Source: Acidobacteriota bacterium (GTDB taxonomy: Bacteria > Acidobacteriota > Aminicenantia > Aminicenantales > Saccharicenantaceae). Taken from it: a stretch of 64,000 nucleotides of DNA. Positions 16,660 to 26,307 of the stretch are shown here, piece after piece (positions within the stretch are counted from its first letter, which is position 1; each line of letters opens with the position of its first letter). The position numbers and the translations under genes are program-made. Under the pieces are notes generated by a model. That model worked only from the letters and a program-made list of their open reading frames with translations. It searched no databases and was not told the origin of the DNA. The stretch is taken from positions 286,082 through 350,081 of the forward strand of contig JAWSUF010000002.1 of NCBI GenBank assembly GCA_033549365.1, given 5' to 3'.

Positions 16660-18498
16660 TTGACGAAAGACGGGTGTTCTTCGCTGGATACGGCGCTCCG
16701 CGTCCTGAACGAAAGCCGGGACGCCGCCGCCATCCGCTGTGCGGTCATCGATCTGGGCTACGAGAAGAGCGCTGAGGCCTACAAGATTCTGATCGAGCGT
16801 CTGGACGACCCCAACCCCGCCGTGCAGCACGCCGCCGTCGTTTCCCTCGGCCGCTCCGGCAGACCGGAGGCCGTAGAAGAACTGATCAAGCCCAAGATTT
16901 TCAGGTCGCCGTGGGCCAATATCCGCTGGGTCGCGGTGTCCGCGGTCGGCCGGCTGGGCGACCATCGGGTCATCGACCCCCTCATCAAGGCCGCGGAGGA
17001 TCCCGAATGGATCGTTCGAACCCAGGCCGTAGCCGAACTGATGGACAAGATCCGGGACATCATCGCCGCGAAAAACCTGAGACTGACCCGGCTGCTCATC
17101 AATATGTTTTATCTCGACAACAAAGAGATCGTCGACCTGGCCATTGAGGGTTTTGAAGACCTCGGTCTGGAGAGCCTGCCTTGCCTCCATGACGCGCTCT
17201 CGGCCTCTTCGGCCGCAATCCGGGCCAACGCGGCCCGGGCTCTGGGCCGCATCCGGTCCTCCCAGTCGACGCCTTATCTCATGGAGCTTCTCAAGGACGA
17301 CGATGCCCGGGTCCGTGCCGCGGCCGCCGAGGCGCTGGGCGTGATCGGCGACAAAATCGCGATCGAGGCCCTGGTCGGAAAAGTCCAGGACAACGTCGGT
17401 GTCGTTCGGGACAGCGCCGTCCAGGCTTTGGCTCGTGTCGGGAAACCGGCGACCATTCCGATTTTGAACGCCTTGACCCGGGAGAGAGACAAATTCGCCC
17501 AAACGGCCTATTTGAAAACTCTGGGCCTCATCCGCGACCCGAAATCCGCCCCGGCCCTGATCGGCTGTCTGCGCAGCAGCTATTTCATCGTCCGCCAGAC
17601 GGCGTTTTCCTCCCTCGTCCTCTTCGGTCCGTCCATTGCCAACCTCCTCATCCCGCTCCTCTCTTATAACAAATCCGACATCGACACACTCAAAAAAGAC
17701 GCCTGTTGCCGGGAACGTCCGGAACTCCAATTGCGGGCCGTCAAGGCGCTCGGCGGTTTGGAGGATCATCGGGTCGTCGCCCTGTTGAAAGACCTTGTCG
17801 AGGACAGTCTGCCCGATGTCCAGGAAGCGGTCGTTCACGCCCTCTTCCAAATCGGGTGCGCGGCCTGGGGACGTTGCACGGCTCTCAAAGTTCTGGCCGA
17901 GGTCGGCGATGCGTCCCTCGTGCCTCGTATCATCCCCTCTCTCAGGGACCATTCCGAGAATGTCCGGTTCGAGGCCGTGCGGGCCCTGACCCGCATGGGC
18001 GGTCCAGAGGCCGTCAATCATCTCATCCGTATGGCCCGGCGGGACAAGGCGGATTTCGTCCGCACGGAGTCCGTCCGGGGCCTGCGGCGGATCGGTCTGG
18101 GGCGGCCCGGTGTTCTGGATACGGCCCTGGCCGGACTCAATGATCCCTGTCGCGATGTCCGTTCTCACTCGGCCCGACTCCTGGGGAACTTTCACGACGA
18201 GCGGTCCATCCCGCCTCTTCTCAAAGCCATGGTCGATCCCCATTGGAGCGTCCGCCAAAGCGCGGAGATCGCGCTCTTGAATTTCGGCCGCAAAGCCGTA
18301 CCTCACCTTGTCGAGACATTGAAAAGTCGCTCCTGGTGGGCCCGTTTCCGGGCCGCCCGCCTTCTGGGAGAAAGCGGGGATTCCAGAGCCGAGAAACCCC
18401 TGAAGGGTTTGATCGCCCGGAAGGGAGAAAGGAATAGCGTTCGGGACATCGCCCGGGCCTCTCTTGCCAAACTGGAAAAAAAGGATAGCGCGTCATAA
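16660..18498 (+). CDS. HEAT-repeat (PBS-lyase-like) protein
   Basis: 612 aa made of repeated units of the A-x-x-ALG-x-IG/D-x-x-A-x-x-x-L type (e.g. AVVSLGRSG, AVSAVGRLGD, ARALGRIRS, AAEALGVIGD, AVQALARVG, AVRALTRMGG). Confidence 0.7.
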   Translation: MTKDGCSSLDTALRVLNESRDAAAIRCAVIDLGYEKSAEAYKILIERLDDPNPAVQHAAVVSLGRSGRPEAVEELIKPKIFRSPWANIRWVAVSAVGRLGDHRVIDPLIKAAEDPEWIVRTQAVAELMDKIRDIIAAKNLRLTRLLINMFYLDNKEIVDLAIEGFEDLGLESLPCLHDALSASSAAIRANAARALGRIRSSQSTPYLMELLKDDDARVRAAAAEALGVIGDKIAIEALVGKVQDNVGVVRDSAVQALARVGKPATIPILNALTRERDKFAQTAYLKTLGLIRDPKSAPALIGCLRSSYFIVRQTAFSSLVLFGPSIANLLIPLLSYNKSDIDTLKKDACCRERPELQLRAVKALGGLEDHRVVALLKDLVEDSLPDVQEAVVHALFQIGCAAWGRCTALKVLAEVGDASLVPRIIPSLRDHSENVRFEAVRALTRMGGPEAVNHLIRMARRDKADFVRTESVRGLRRIGLGRPGVLDTALAGLNDPCRDVRSHSARLLGNFHDERSIPPLLKAMVDPHWSVRQSAEIALLNFGRKAVPHLVETLKSRSWWARFRAARLLGESGDSRAEKPLKGLIARKGERNSVRDIARASLAKLEKKDSAS

Positions 18499-18557
18499 TT
18501 TTTTACGGACTTATAAGCTTTTATAGCTGGCGGTAATTCCAGTCGAGGAGAGAGGAC

Positions 18558-18965
18558 ATGAGAGTCAAGCTCAGGGCCGGGCCCGAACAGCGGAAGTTTA
18601 TCGAGAGAATCGAGGAGCTGTCCGGAGAGGACATCTTCGCCTGCTACCAGTGCGGCCGGTGTTCGGCAGGTTGTCCGGTGGCCCTCGAGATGGACATCCT
18701 GCCCAATCAGGTCATCCGGCTGATCCAGTTGGGCCTCGCCGAAGAGGTCCTCGGTTCGAAAACCCTGTTTCTCTGCGCATCCTGCTTCACGTGCCAGTCC
18801 CGCTGCCCCAAGGGCATCGATATGGCCCGGGTCATGGAAGCCGTCCGCCACCTGCTCGAACCGAAAGGGAAAGACGTCTGCGGTCCGGACGAGATTACCC
18901 CGGAGCTGGCCAAGGAACTGCCCCAACAGGTTCTTGTGTCTCTGTTCCGCAAATTCAGCAAATAA
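18558..18965 (+). CDS. hdrC: Heterodisulfide reductase subunit C-like (2x[4Fe-4S])
   Basis: CYQCGRCSAGCP and CASCFTCQSRCP motifs. Confidence 0.8.
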   Translation: MRVKLRAGPEQRKFIERIEELSGEDIFACYQCGRCSAGCPVALEMDILPNQVIRLIQLGLAEEVLGSKTLFLCASCFTCQSRCPKGIDMARVMEAVRHLLEPKGKDVCGPDEITPELAKELPQQVLVSLFRKFSK

Positions 18966-18968
18966 GGT

Positions 18969-19910
18969 GTGCCCATGATGAAGATCCATTACTACCCCGG
19001 ATGCACGCTGAAGGAAAAAACGACGAATCTGGATCTGTCCACCCGCGAGGCCATGAAGCGCCTGGATGTCGAACTTGTCGAGCCCGACGGCTGGGCCTGC
19101 TGCGGGGCGGAATATCCGCTGACCGAGGAAAAAATCTCGGGATTGGCCGCGCCGGTGCGCGTCCTGCGCCAGGTTCGGGACGAAGGGGGCGAGCTCGTCG
19201 TCACGACCTGTTCCTTCTGCTATGCCGTCCTGAAACGGGCCAACAAGGCCATGATCGAGGACCCCTTGAAAAACAGGAGGATCAACGCCTATCTCAAGGA
19301 TGACATCAAGATCGATCCCCTGACCAAAACGAAAACGACGGGATTCGAGGACTACAAGGGGGAGGTCAAAGTCCTCCATCTCCTTGAATATATCAAGGAC
19401 GAGGTCACTTATCCAAGGCTCCGGTCCCGAATCAAGCGCGATCTCGCCGGACTGCCCATCGCCGCGTATTATGGCTGCCGGCTGCTCCGTCCCCAGGAGG
19501 ATATGAGTTGGGGTGAGCCGGACGAGCCCCGCTTTTTCGAGGAATTCCTGGAAGCCGTGGGCTGCCGGGCCGTCGACTATCCCTTCAAACAGGAGTGCTG
19601 CGGATCCTATCTTTCGGTGTCCATGCCGGACGCTGCATCCGACGCCTCCTACCGGGTTCTCAGGTCGGCCGGCCTCAACGGCGCCGCCGCGGCCACCGTG
19701 ACCTGCCCCCTCTGCTTCTACAATCTGGATCGTCGCCAGGAAAAAATCCGGGAAATGTTTCCCGACTTCCCGGGCCTGCCGGTGGTCTTTTTCACGCAGA
19801 TTCTGGCCTGGGCCCTGGGCGTCGACCGGGATGTTCTGGGGCTGGACCAGCATGCCGTTCCCGCCGGTCATCTGTTTGCCGATGACCGCCCAGCCGAGGT
19901 GAGGACATGA
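18969..19910 (+). CDS. hdrB: Heterodisulfide reductase subunit B-like (two CCG domains)
   Basis: YYPGCTLKEK...WACCGAEYP and YYGCRLLRP...CCGSY. Confidence 0.85.
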   Translation: MPMMKIHYYPGCTLKEKTTNLDLSTREAMKRLDVELVEPDGWACCGAEYPLTEEKISGLAAPVRVLRQVRDEGGELVVTTCSFCYAVLKRANKAMIEDPLKNRRINAYLKDDIKIDPLTKTKTTGFEDYKGEVKVLHLLEYIKDEVTYPRLRSRIKRDLAGLPIAAYYGCRLLRPQEDMSWGEPDEPRFFEEFLEAVGCRAVDYPFKQECCGSYLSVSMPDAASDASYRVLRSAGLNGAAAATVTCPLCFYNLDRRQEKIREMFPDFPGLPVVFFTQILAWALGVDRDVLGLDQHAVPAGHLFADDRPAEVRT

Positions 19911-21886
19911 CAAAGAAGAAGACGAAACCGACGGATAAGCGCATCGGGCTGTTCGTCTGCCACTGCGGCGTCAACATCGCCGGCGTGGTGGACGTCGAAA
20001 AAGTGGCCGAGGTCATGAAGGATTACCCGGGGGTGAACTTCTCGGCCGACTACATCTACATGTGCTCCGACCCCGGGCAGCAGATGATCATCGACACGAT
20101 CAAAGAGAAGAAACTCGACAGCATCATCATCGCCGCCTGTTCGCCGACGCTGCACGAAAAAACATTCCAGGAGGCGGCCCGCCTGGCCGGTCTCAATCCC
20201 TACCAGATCGAAATCGCCAACATCCGCGAACAGAACAGTTGGGTCCACAGCGACAAGGACTGGGCGACCCGGAAAGCCGTCAAGATCTGCAAGGCGCATG
20301 TCGAGAAGGCCCTTCTCAATGAGAGCCTCGAACCTATCCGCGTGGACGTCTCCAGAAAAGCCCTGGTCATCGGCGGCGGCGTCTCCGGCCTGCAGGCCGC
20401 GCTCGACATCGCCGACCACGGCTACGAAGTCCTCCTGGTCGAAAAGAATCCCTCGATCGGGGGGAAAATGATCCAGCTTTCGGAAACGTTCCCCACGCTG
20501 GACTGCTCCCAGTGCATCATGACTCCGAAGATGGTCGAGGCGCATCGCCATCCGAATATCCGCATCCTGACCTATCACGAAGTGGATTCCATCTCCGGGT
20601 TCGTCGGCAATTTCAAGGTCCGGATCAAGAAGAAACCGCGTTACGTCGATGAAGACCTGTGCAATCTTTGCGGTGAATGCGAAAAGGTCTGTCCGCAGGT
20701 CGTTCCGGACGAGTTCAACATGGGGTTGTCGTTCCGCAAAGCCATCTATATGCCCTTTCCCCAGGCCGTGCCCGGAACCTACACTCTGGACGAGGCCAAC
20801 TGCCTCGGCCTGAATCCCGTCCGTTGCGGCAAGTGCAAGGATGTCTGCGACGTCCACGCCATCGATTTCGACATGAAAGAGGAAATCATCGAGGAAGAGA
20901 TCGGGGCCATTGTCGTGGCCACGGGCTACGACCTTTACACGATGCAGGCCCTGGGCGAATTCGGAGGCGAGAAATACGACGACGTCATCAACGGTCTTGA
21001 GTTCGAACGGATCCTCTCCGCCTCGGGTCCGACGGGCGGTGTCATCCGCCGGCCGTCGGACGGCAAGGTCCCCAAGTCCATCGTCTTTGTTCAGTGCAGC
21101 GGATCGAGGGATACCGAAAAACACCTGCCCTATTGCTCCAAGATCTGCTGCATGTATACGGCCAAGCACGCCATGCTCTACAAGCACCGCGTCCCGGACG
21201 GGCAGGCGACGGTCTTCTACATCGACGTCCGGACGGGCGGCAAGGCTTTCGATGAGTTCTACCAGAGGACGGTCGAGGAGGACAAGGTCCTCTACATTCG
21301 AGGCAAGGTCTCCAAGATCTTCAAAGAAGGGGACAAGGTCATCGTTTGGGGCGTCGACACTTTGAGCGGCCGGAAGGTCGAGGTCGAGGCCGACATGGTC
21401 GTCCTGGCCATGGCCATGGTCAAGGCCGACGGCGTGGGGGATCTCCTGAAGAAGCTCAAGATTTCGACCGATATTCACGGTTTCCTGGCTGAAGCCCATG
21501 CCAAACTGAGGCCCGTCGAAAGTCTAAATGCCGGTTTCTACCTGGCCGGCTGCGCCCACGGGCCCAAGGACATCCCCGAAGCGGTCTCCCAGGCTTCGGC
21601 CGCGGCGGCCAAGGTCGGGGATCTCTTCGCCCAGAAGGAACTTCTCCATGAGCCGACCATCGTGCCGGTCGACGACGACCTGTGCTCCGGCTGCGGCATC
21701 TGCGTTACGATGTGCCCCTATCAGGCCCGCACCCTGGACCGCGAACGCGGCGTCGTTGTGGTCAACGAGATTCTCTGCGAGGGTTGCGGCGCCTGCGCCG
21801 CGGCCTGCCCGGCCGGCGCCGCCCAGCAGAGAAACCAGACGGACGACCAGATCTTCGCGATGGTCACCGCCATGATGAAAGGATGA
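19907..21886 (+). CDS. hdrA: Heterodisulfide reductase subunit A-like FAD/Fe-S bifurcating flavoprotein
   Basis: The N-terminus IGLFVCHCGVNIAG is a HdrA hallmark. FAD site ALVIGGGVSGLQAALD. It carries several 4Fe-4S motifs, including the C-terminal CSGCGICVTMCP and CEGCGACAAACP. Confidence 0.9.
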   Translation: MTKKKTKPTDKRIGLFVCHCGVNIAGVVDVEKVAEVMKDYPGVNFSADYIYMCSDPGQQMIIDTIKEKKLDSIIIAACSPTLHEKTFQEAARLAGLNPYQIEIANIREQNSWVHSDKDWATRKAVKICKAHVEKALLNESLEPIRVDVSRKALVIGGGVSGLQAALDIADHGYEVLLVEKNPSIGGKMIQLSETFPTLDCSQCIMTPKMVEAHRHPNIRILTYHEVDSISGFVGNFKVRIKKKPRYVDEDLCNLCGECEKVCPQVVPDEFNMGLSFRKAIYMPFPQAVPGTYTLDEANCLGLNPVRCGKCKDVCDVHAIDFDMKEEIIEEEIGAIVVATGYDLYTMQALGEFGGEKYDDVINGLEFERILSASGPTGGVIRRPSDGKVPKSIVFVQCSGSRDTEKHLPYCSKICCMYTAKHAMLYKHRVPDGQATVFYIDVRTGGKAFDEFYQRTVEEDKVLYIRGKVSKIFKEGDKVIVWGVDTLSGRKVEVEADMVVLAMAMVKADGVGDLLKKLKISTDIHGFLAEAHAKLRPVESLNAGFYLAGCAHGPKDIPEAVSQASAAAAKVGDLFAQKELLHEPTIVPVDDDLCSGCGICVTMCPYQARTLDRERGVVVVNEILCEGCGACAAACPAGAAQQRNQTDDQIFAMVTAMMKG

Positions 21887-22326
21887 CCATGTTCGAGCCT
21901 CAAATCATGTCGTTTCTCTGCAAATGGTGCACGAGCGCGGCGGCCGACCTGGCCGGGACATCCCGGATCGAGCACGCGCCCAACGCCGTCTCGATGCGGG
22001 TCATGTGCTCGAGCCGGGTGGACCCGCAGCACATTCTCTACGCGTTCCGGGAAGGCGCCGACGGCGTCTTTCTCGGCGGGTGTCATCCGGGCGACTGCCA
22101 TTATGTCGAGGGCAACTACAAGACCCTCCGGCGGATCGCCCTTCTCAAGCGGATGATGAAGGACCTGGGTATCGATCCCCGCCGGCTCCGGCTGGAATGG
22201 ATTTCCGCCGCGGAAGGCCGGAAATACGCCCAGGTCATGGACGAATTCACCGAGCAGATCCGGGCCTTGGGCCCGTTGCGTTTGAACGAAAACGCCTTAT
22301 TGAGAGAGGTCGAGCACGATGAGTAA
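21883..22326 (+). CDS. mvhD: MvhD-like [2Fe-2S] electron-transfer subunit linking hydrogenase to HdrA
   Basis: MTMFEPQIMSFLCKWCTS...MRVMCSSRV...LGGCHPGDCHY. Its ATGA overlaps the hdrA stop. The longer track ORF from 21682 is upstream read-through. Confidence 0.85.
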   Translation: MTMFEPQIMSFLCKWCTSAAADLAGTSRIEHAPNAVSMRVMCSSRVDPQHILYAFREGADGVFLGGCHPGDCHYVEGNYKTLRRIALLKRMMKDLGIDPRRLRLEWISAAEGRKYAQVMDEFTEQIRALGPLRLNENALLREVEHDE

Positions 22327-23101
22327 AACCGAAAGCAAAACCAAGAAGGCCGTGTCCCGCACCAAGAAAAAGGAAGCGGGGAAAGTTCCCATCTTCGTCA
22401 TGGGCAAACGGTACGACGTCCCCGACTCCCTGACCATTCAGAAAGCCCTCGAATATGCGGGCTATCAACTGGTCCGGGGCTGCGGCTGCCGGGGAGGAAT
22501 CTGCGGCGCCTGCGGCACGGTCTACCGCTTCCCCGACTCCTACCGGGTCGAAGTCGGACTGGCCTGCCAGACCGTCGTTCAGCCGGACATGTACATCGCC
22601 CAGATTCCCTTTTTCCCGGGAAACAAGGCGGTCTACGACATCGAAACCCTCGATCCTACGGGGGCGACGGTGGCCGCTCTTTATCCGGAAATCTTCAAGT
22701 GCGTCGGCTGCGGCACCTGCACGCGAAGCTGTCCCATGGACATCGACGTTCTGAACTACGTCTCCAAAGCCATTCAGGGAGACATTGCGGCCGTGGCCGA
22801 GGGCTCCTTCGACTGCGTCATGTGCGGGCTGTGCGCGGCGCGCTGTCCGGCCGAAGAAGTCCAGTACAACTTCGCCATCCTGGCCCGCCGTCTTTACGCC
22901 CGCCACCTGGCACCGAAGGCCGTGCATCTGGTCCAGGCCGTGGCCAATGTCGAAAACGGAAAATATGACCAGGCCCTGGAGGAACTCAAGAAATTGAGCA
23001 CCGAGGACCTGGCGAAAATTTACAAGAGTCTCGAACACGAACCCGACATGGCGGACGAGGACTGGACGCCGAAGGAAAAGGTCCAGATCTATGAAGATTG
23101 A
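22319..23101 (+). CDS. Succinate dehydrogenase/fumarate reductase-type iron-sulfur subunit (SdhB/FrdB-like), with no membrane anchor nearby
   Basis: The 2Fe-2S pattern CGCRGGICGACG, then CVGCGTCTRSCP and CVMCGLCAARCP. Confidence 0.8.
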   Translation: MSKTESKTKKAVSRTKKKEAGKVPIFVMGKRYDVPDSLTIQKALEYAGYQLVRGCGCRGGICGACGTVYRFPDSYRVEVGLACQTVVQPDMYIAQIPFFPGNKAVYDIETLDPTGATVAALYPEIFKCVGCGTCTRSCPMDIDVLNYVSKAIQGDIAAVAEGSFDCVMCGLCAARCPAEEVQYNFAILARRLYARHLAPKAVHLVQAVANVENGKYDQALEELKKLSTEDLAKIYKSLEHEPDMADEDWTPKEKVQIYED

Positions 23102-23135
23102 CATGACGGGCGACGATCAGAAGGGAGGGTGACCC

Positions 23136-24809
23136 ATGCCGTACACACCGGAATTGAACGAACTCATCAAGAAGGTCGAGAAAACGCGGCCGGCCCGCGT
23201 GGAGAAGAAGCGCAAGGGCGAGGAATTCCCCGCCATGTCGCTTCAGGAGCGGAAGGATATCCTCAAGTTCCATCCCGACTTCAAGGAAGAAGGGCGGTCC
23301 GAAATCAAGGTCGGGCCCAACACAGGCTACCGGATCGCCAACGAGATGGTCAGCCTCATCCATGCCAAAAGCCGGCTGGATCCGGATGCCGTCGATCTCA
23401 ACAAGGTCGACTTCGAAACCGATGTCCTGGTCGTCGGCGGCGGCGGTGCGGGCGCTTCGGCGGCTCTTCTGGCGCGGGAAAACGGGGCGAAGGTCCTTAT
23501 CGCCACCAAGCTTCGGTTGGGCGATGCCAACACCATGATGGCCGAAGGCGGAATCCAGGCCGCCACGAAATATCGAAAGGATTCGCCCTATTACCATTAT
23601 CTCGACGCCATGGGCGGCGGCCATTTCAAGAACGACCCCGACCTCGTCAAAACCCTGGTTCTCGAGGCGCCCAAGGTCATGGCCTGGCTGGAAAAGCAGG
23701 GCACGATGTTCTCGAAATTCGACGACGGGTTGCTCAAGGCCATGCACGGCGGCGGAACGTCCCGCAAGAGGATGCATTACGCCGGCGACATCACCGGCGC
23801 CGAGATCATGCGGACGCTTCGCGACGAGGTCAAAAACCATCCCGAAGACATCGATGTTCTCGAGTTCACGACGGCCGTGGAACTCCTCCTCGACGAAAAC
23901 GGAGCCTGCGCCGGCGCCGTTCTCTACAATCTGGAAACCGAAGAGTACTTCATCGTCCGGGCCAAGGCGACCATCCTGGCCACGGGAGGATCGGGCCGCC
24001 TGCACATCCAGGACTTCATGACCACCAACCACTACGGCGCGACGGGCGACGGCCTGATTCTCGGATACCGGGCCGGCGTTCCGCTTCGGTTCCTGCATAC
24101 GGTCCAGTACCACCCGACAGGCGCCGTGTTCCCCGAACAGGCCGAAGGGCTTCTCATCACCGAAAAATTCCGCGGCGCCGGGGCCAATGTGTTGAACGTC
24201 GACGGCGAGCAGTTCGTCTTCGAGCGCGAGCCCCGCGATGTCGAATCATCGGCGATCATCCGGGAATGCCTTGAACGGGGGAAGGGCGTGCCGACGCCAA
24301 CCGGCAAATTCGGCGTCTGGCTCGACTCGCCCATGATCGACATCCTCCAGGGCGAGGGCACGGTCCGCAAGGAATTCCCGGGCAAGTGGATCCTCTTCAA
24401 GCGCTACGGCATCGACATCACCAAGGAACCCATGCTCATCTACCCCACGCTGCATTATCAGAACGGAGGGCTTGAAATCAAGCCCAATTCCGAAACCCGG
24501 GTGCCGGGGCTCTACGCCGCCGGCGAGGTGAGCGGCGGCATCCACGGAGAAAACCGCCTGATGGGCAACTCTCTCCTTGATGTCGTGGTTTTCGGCCGCA
24601 TCGCCGGCTGCGCCGCGGCCGATTATGTGAAAACCAGGGCCGAGGCCGGCCAGCCGACGCTCGATCACGTCCGGGCCTATCACAAAGCCCTGGAAGAGGC
24701 GGGGATCTCCGTGGACAACCGCGTGGCGCCCATGATTCTTCCCGATTATTCCAATCCCGAGGTCCGGAAAAAACAGCTAACGACGGCCTATCACGGGACG
24801 TTGCGCTGA
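23136..24809 (+). CDS. Fumarate reductase/succinate dehydrogenase flavoprotein-like FAD enzyme (FrdA/TfrA-like) with an N-terminal extension of about 95 aa
   Basis: The Rossmann motif VLVVGGGGAGASAAL starts only at about residue 97. The C-terminal GLYAAGEVSGGIHGENRLMGNSL is the FRD/SDH flavoprotein active-site region. Confidence 0.8.
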   Translation: MPYTPELNELIKKVEKTRPARVEKKRKGEEFPAMSLQERKDILKFHPDFKEEGRSEIKVGPNTGYRIANEMVSLIHAKSRLDPDAVDLNKVDFETDVLVVGGGGAGASAALLARENGAKVLIATKLRLGDANTMMAEGGIQAATKYRKDSPYYHYLDAMGGGHFKNDPDLVKTLVLEAPKVMAWLEKQGTMFSKFDDGLLKAMHGGGTSRKRMHYAGDITGAEIMRTLRDEVKNHPEDIDVLEFTTAVELLLDENGACAGAVLYNLETEEYFIVRAKATILATGGSGRLHIQDFMTTNHYGATGDGLILGYRAGVPLRFLHTVQYHPTGAVFPEQAEGLLITEKFRGAGANVLNVDGEQFVFEREPRDVESSAIIRECLERGKGVPTPTGKFGVWLDSPMIDILQGEGTVRKEFPGKWILFKRYGIDITKEPMLIYPTLHYQNGGLEIKPNSETRVPGLYAAGEVSGGIHGENRLMGNSLLDVVVFGRIAGCAAADYVKTRAEAGQPTLDHVRAYHKALEEAGISVDNRVAPMILPDYSNPEVRKKQLTTAYHGTLR

Positions 24810-24831
24810 TCCCAACAAGCGAGGTGCGTCC

Positions 24832-25110
24832 ATGCCGGTGAGACACAGAGAAAAGCCGTTCGGGCTCCCTAAGCCCGAAACTCCCCATGGTGAGATCGTC
24901 ATCCTGGATGACCGGTGCAAGGGCTGTGCCTTCTGCATCGAATACTGCCCGCATGATGTGCTGGTGATATCCAAGAGGTTTAACATCAAGGGCTACCACC
25001 CCCCGGAAGTCGAAAAAGCCGAACTGTGCATCAACTGCGGTTTCTGCCGCATGATCTGCCCGGAGTTCGCCATTTACACCTATGAATCCACCACCGGGGA
25101 GAAACCATGA
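24832..25110 (+). CDS. korD: 2-oxoacid:ferredoxin oxidoreductase delta subunit (2x[4Fe-4S])
   Basis: CKGCAFCIEYCP and CINCGFCRMICP. Confidence 0.8.
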   Translation: MPVRHREKPFGLPKPETPHGEIVILDDRCKGCAFCIEYCPHDVLVISKRFNIKGYHPPEVEKAELCINCGFCRMICPEFAIYTYESTTGEKP

Positions 25111-25137
25111 ACGGAATCCAAGGAAAGGTGACGTCCC

Positions 25138-26307
25138 GTGAAAGCTGATCCCAAAGGGGTTTTAACAGGAGCCCATTACATGGACGGCGACCACGCCTGC
25201 TGCGAGGGCGCGCTGGCGGCCGGCTGCCGGTTTGTGGCCGGCTATCCGATCACGCCCTCCACCGAAGTCGTGGAGCGCTTCTCCCGCCGAGCGCCGATGG
25301 TGCCTGGAGCCTTTTTCATCCAGATGGAAGACGAACTGGCGGCATCCATCACGCTTCAAGGGGCCGTTTGGGCAGGCAAGAAAGCTATGACCGTGACCAG
25401 CGGGCCGGGGTTCTCGCTGATGATGGAACATATCGGTTTGGCGGTCATGGCCGAGGTCCCCTGCGTCTTTGTCAATGTCCAACGCGGCGGTCCCTCCACG
25501 GGGCTGCCGACCCTCCCCGGCCAGGCCGACATGATGCAGGCCCGCTGGGGCTCGCACGGCGACTACGAAATCATCGCCATCTGCCCCAACTCTCCCCAGG
25601 AGTGTTTCGACCTGACCATCGACGCTTTCAATCTCGCGGAACAGTACCGCGTCCCGGTCATGTTCATGATGGATGAATGCGTCGGACACATGATGGAACG
25701 GGTTATCATCCCGGAAGCCGACACGATCGAGATCACGCCCCGCCGATACACCAAACTTCCCCCCGGTGAATATCTGCCCTACAAACCCGGCGAGGATCTC
25801 GTGCCCGAAATGTTCAAGGCCGGAGACGGCTATCGTCTGCATATCACCGGGCTGACGCACGACTACAAGGGGTATCCCGTGATGTCGGCCGATATCCAGG
25901 AGCAACTGGTCCGGCGACTGGTCGACAAGATCCGGCTCAATGCCCCCAAGATCTGGCGCTATGAGGAAACCGCCGTTGAGGACGCCGAAGTCGTCGTCAT
26001 CGCCTACGGCATCACCTCGCGCGTGGCCGTCGAAGCCGTGGCCATGGCCCGGAAGGAGGGCATCAAGGTCGGCATGCTGCGGCTCATCGTCGTCTGGCCC
26101 TTCCCGGAGGATCGAATCTTCGAACTGGCCTCCCAGGGGAAGGGGCTGGTCGTGGCCGAGATGAATTACGGGCAGGTCTTTTACGAGGTCGATCGCTGTG
26201 CCCGCGGCCGGGCCCCGGTCGTTCTGGCCGGGCACGGCGGCGGAACCGTGCACAACGTCGAAGCCATTGTGGAAAAAATCAGGGAGGCGCACAAATGTCG
26301 GTCTTAA
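25138..26307 (+). CDS. korA: 2-oxoglutarate/2-oxoacid:ferredoxin oxidoreductase alpha subunit
   Basis: 389 aa with the AGYPITPSTE N-terminal signature of KorA/PorA. Confidence 0.85.
   Translation: MKADPKGVLTGAHYMDGDHACCEGALAAGCRFVAGYPITPSTEVVERFSRRAPMVPGAFFIQMEDELAASITLQGAVWAGKKAMTVTSGPGFSLMMEHIGLAVMAEVPCVFVNVQRGGPSTGLPTLPGQADMMQARWGSHGDYEIIAICPNSPQECFDLTIDAFNLAEQYRVPVMFMMDECVGHMMERVIIPEADTIEITPRRYTKLPPGEYLPYKPGEDLVPEMFKAGDGYRLHITGLTHDYKGYPVMSADIQEQLVRRLVDKIRLNAPKIWRYEETAVEDAEVVVIAYGITSRVAVEAVAMARKEGIKVGMLRLIVVWPFPEDRIFELASQGKGLVVAEMNYGQVFYEVDRCARGRAPVVLAGHGGGTVHNVEAIVEKIREAHKCRS

Noticed and set aside
16615-21499. Long minus-strand ORFs 16615-18306, 18303-19913, 19868-21499
   Set aside because: They are antisense shadows of the HEAT-repeat, hdrC/B and hdrA genes.
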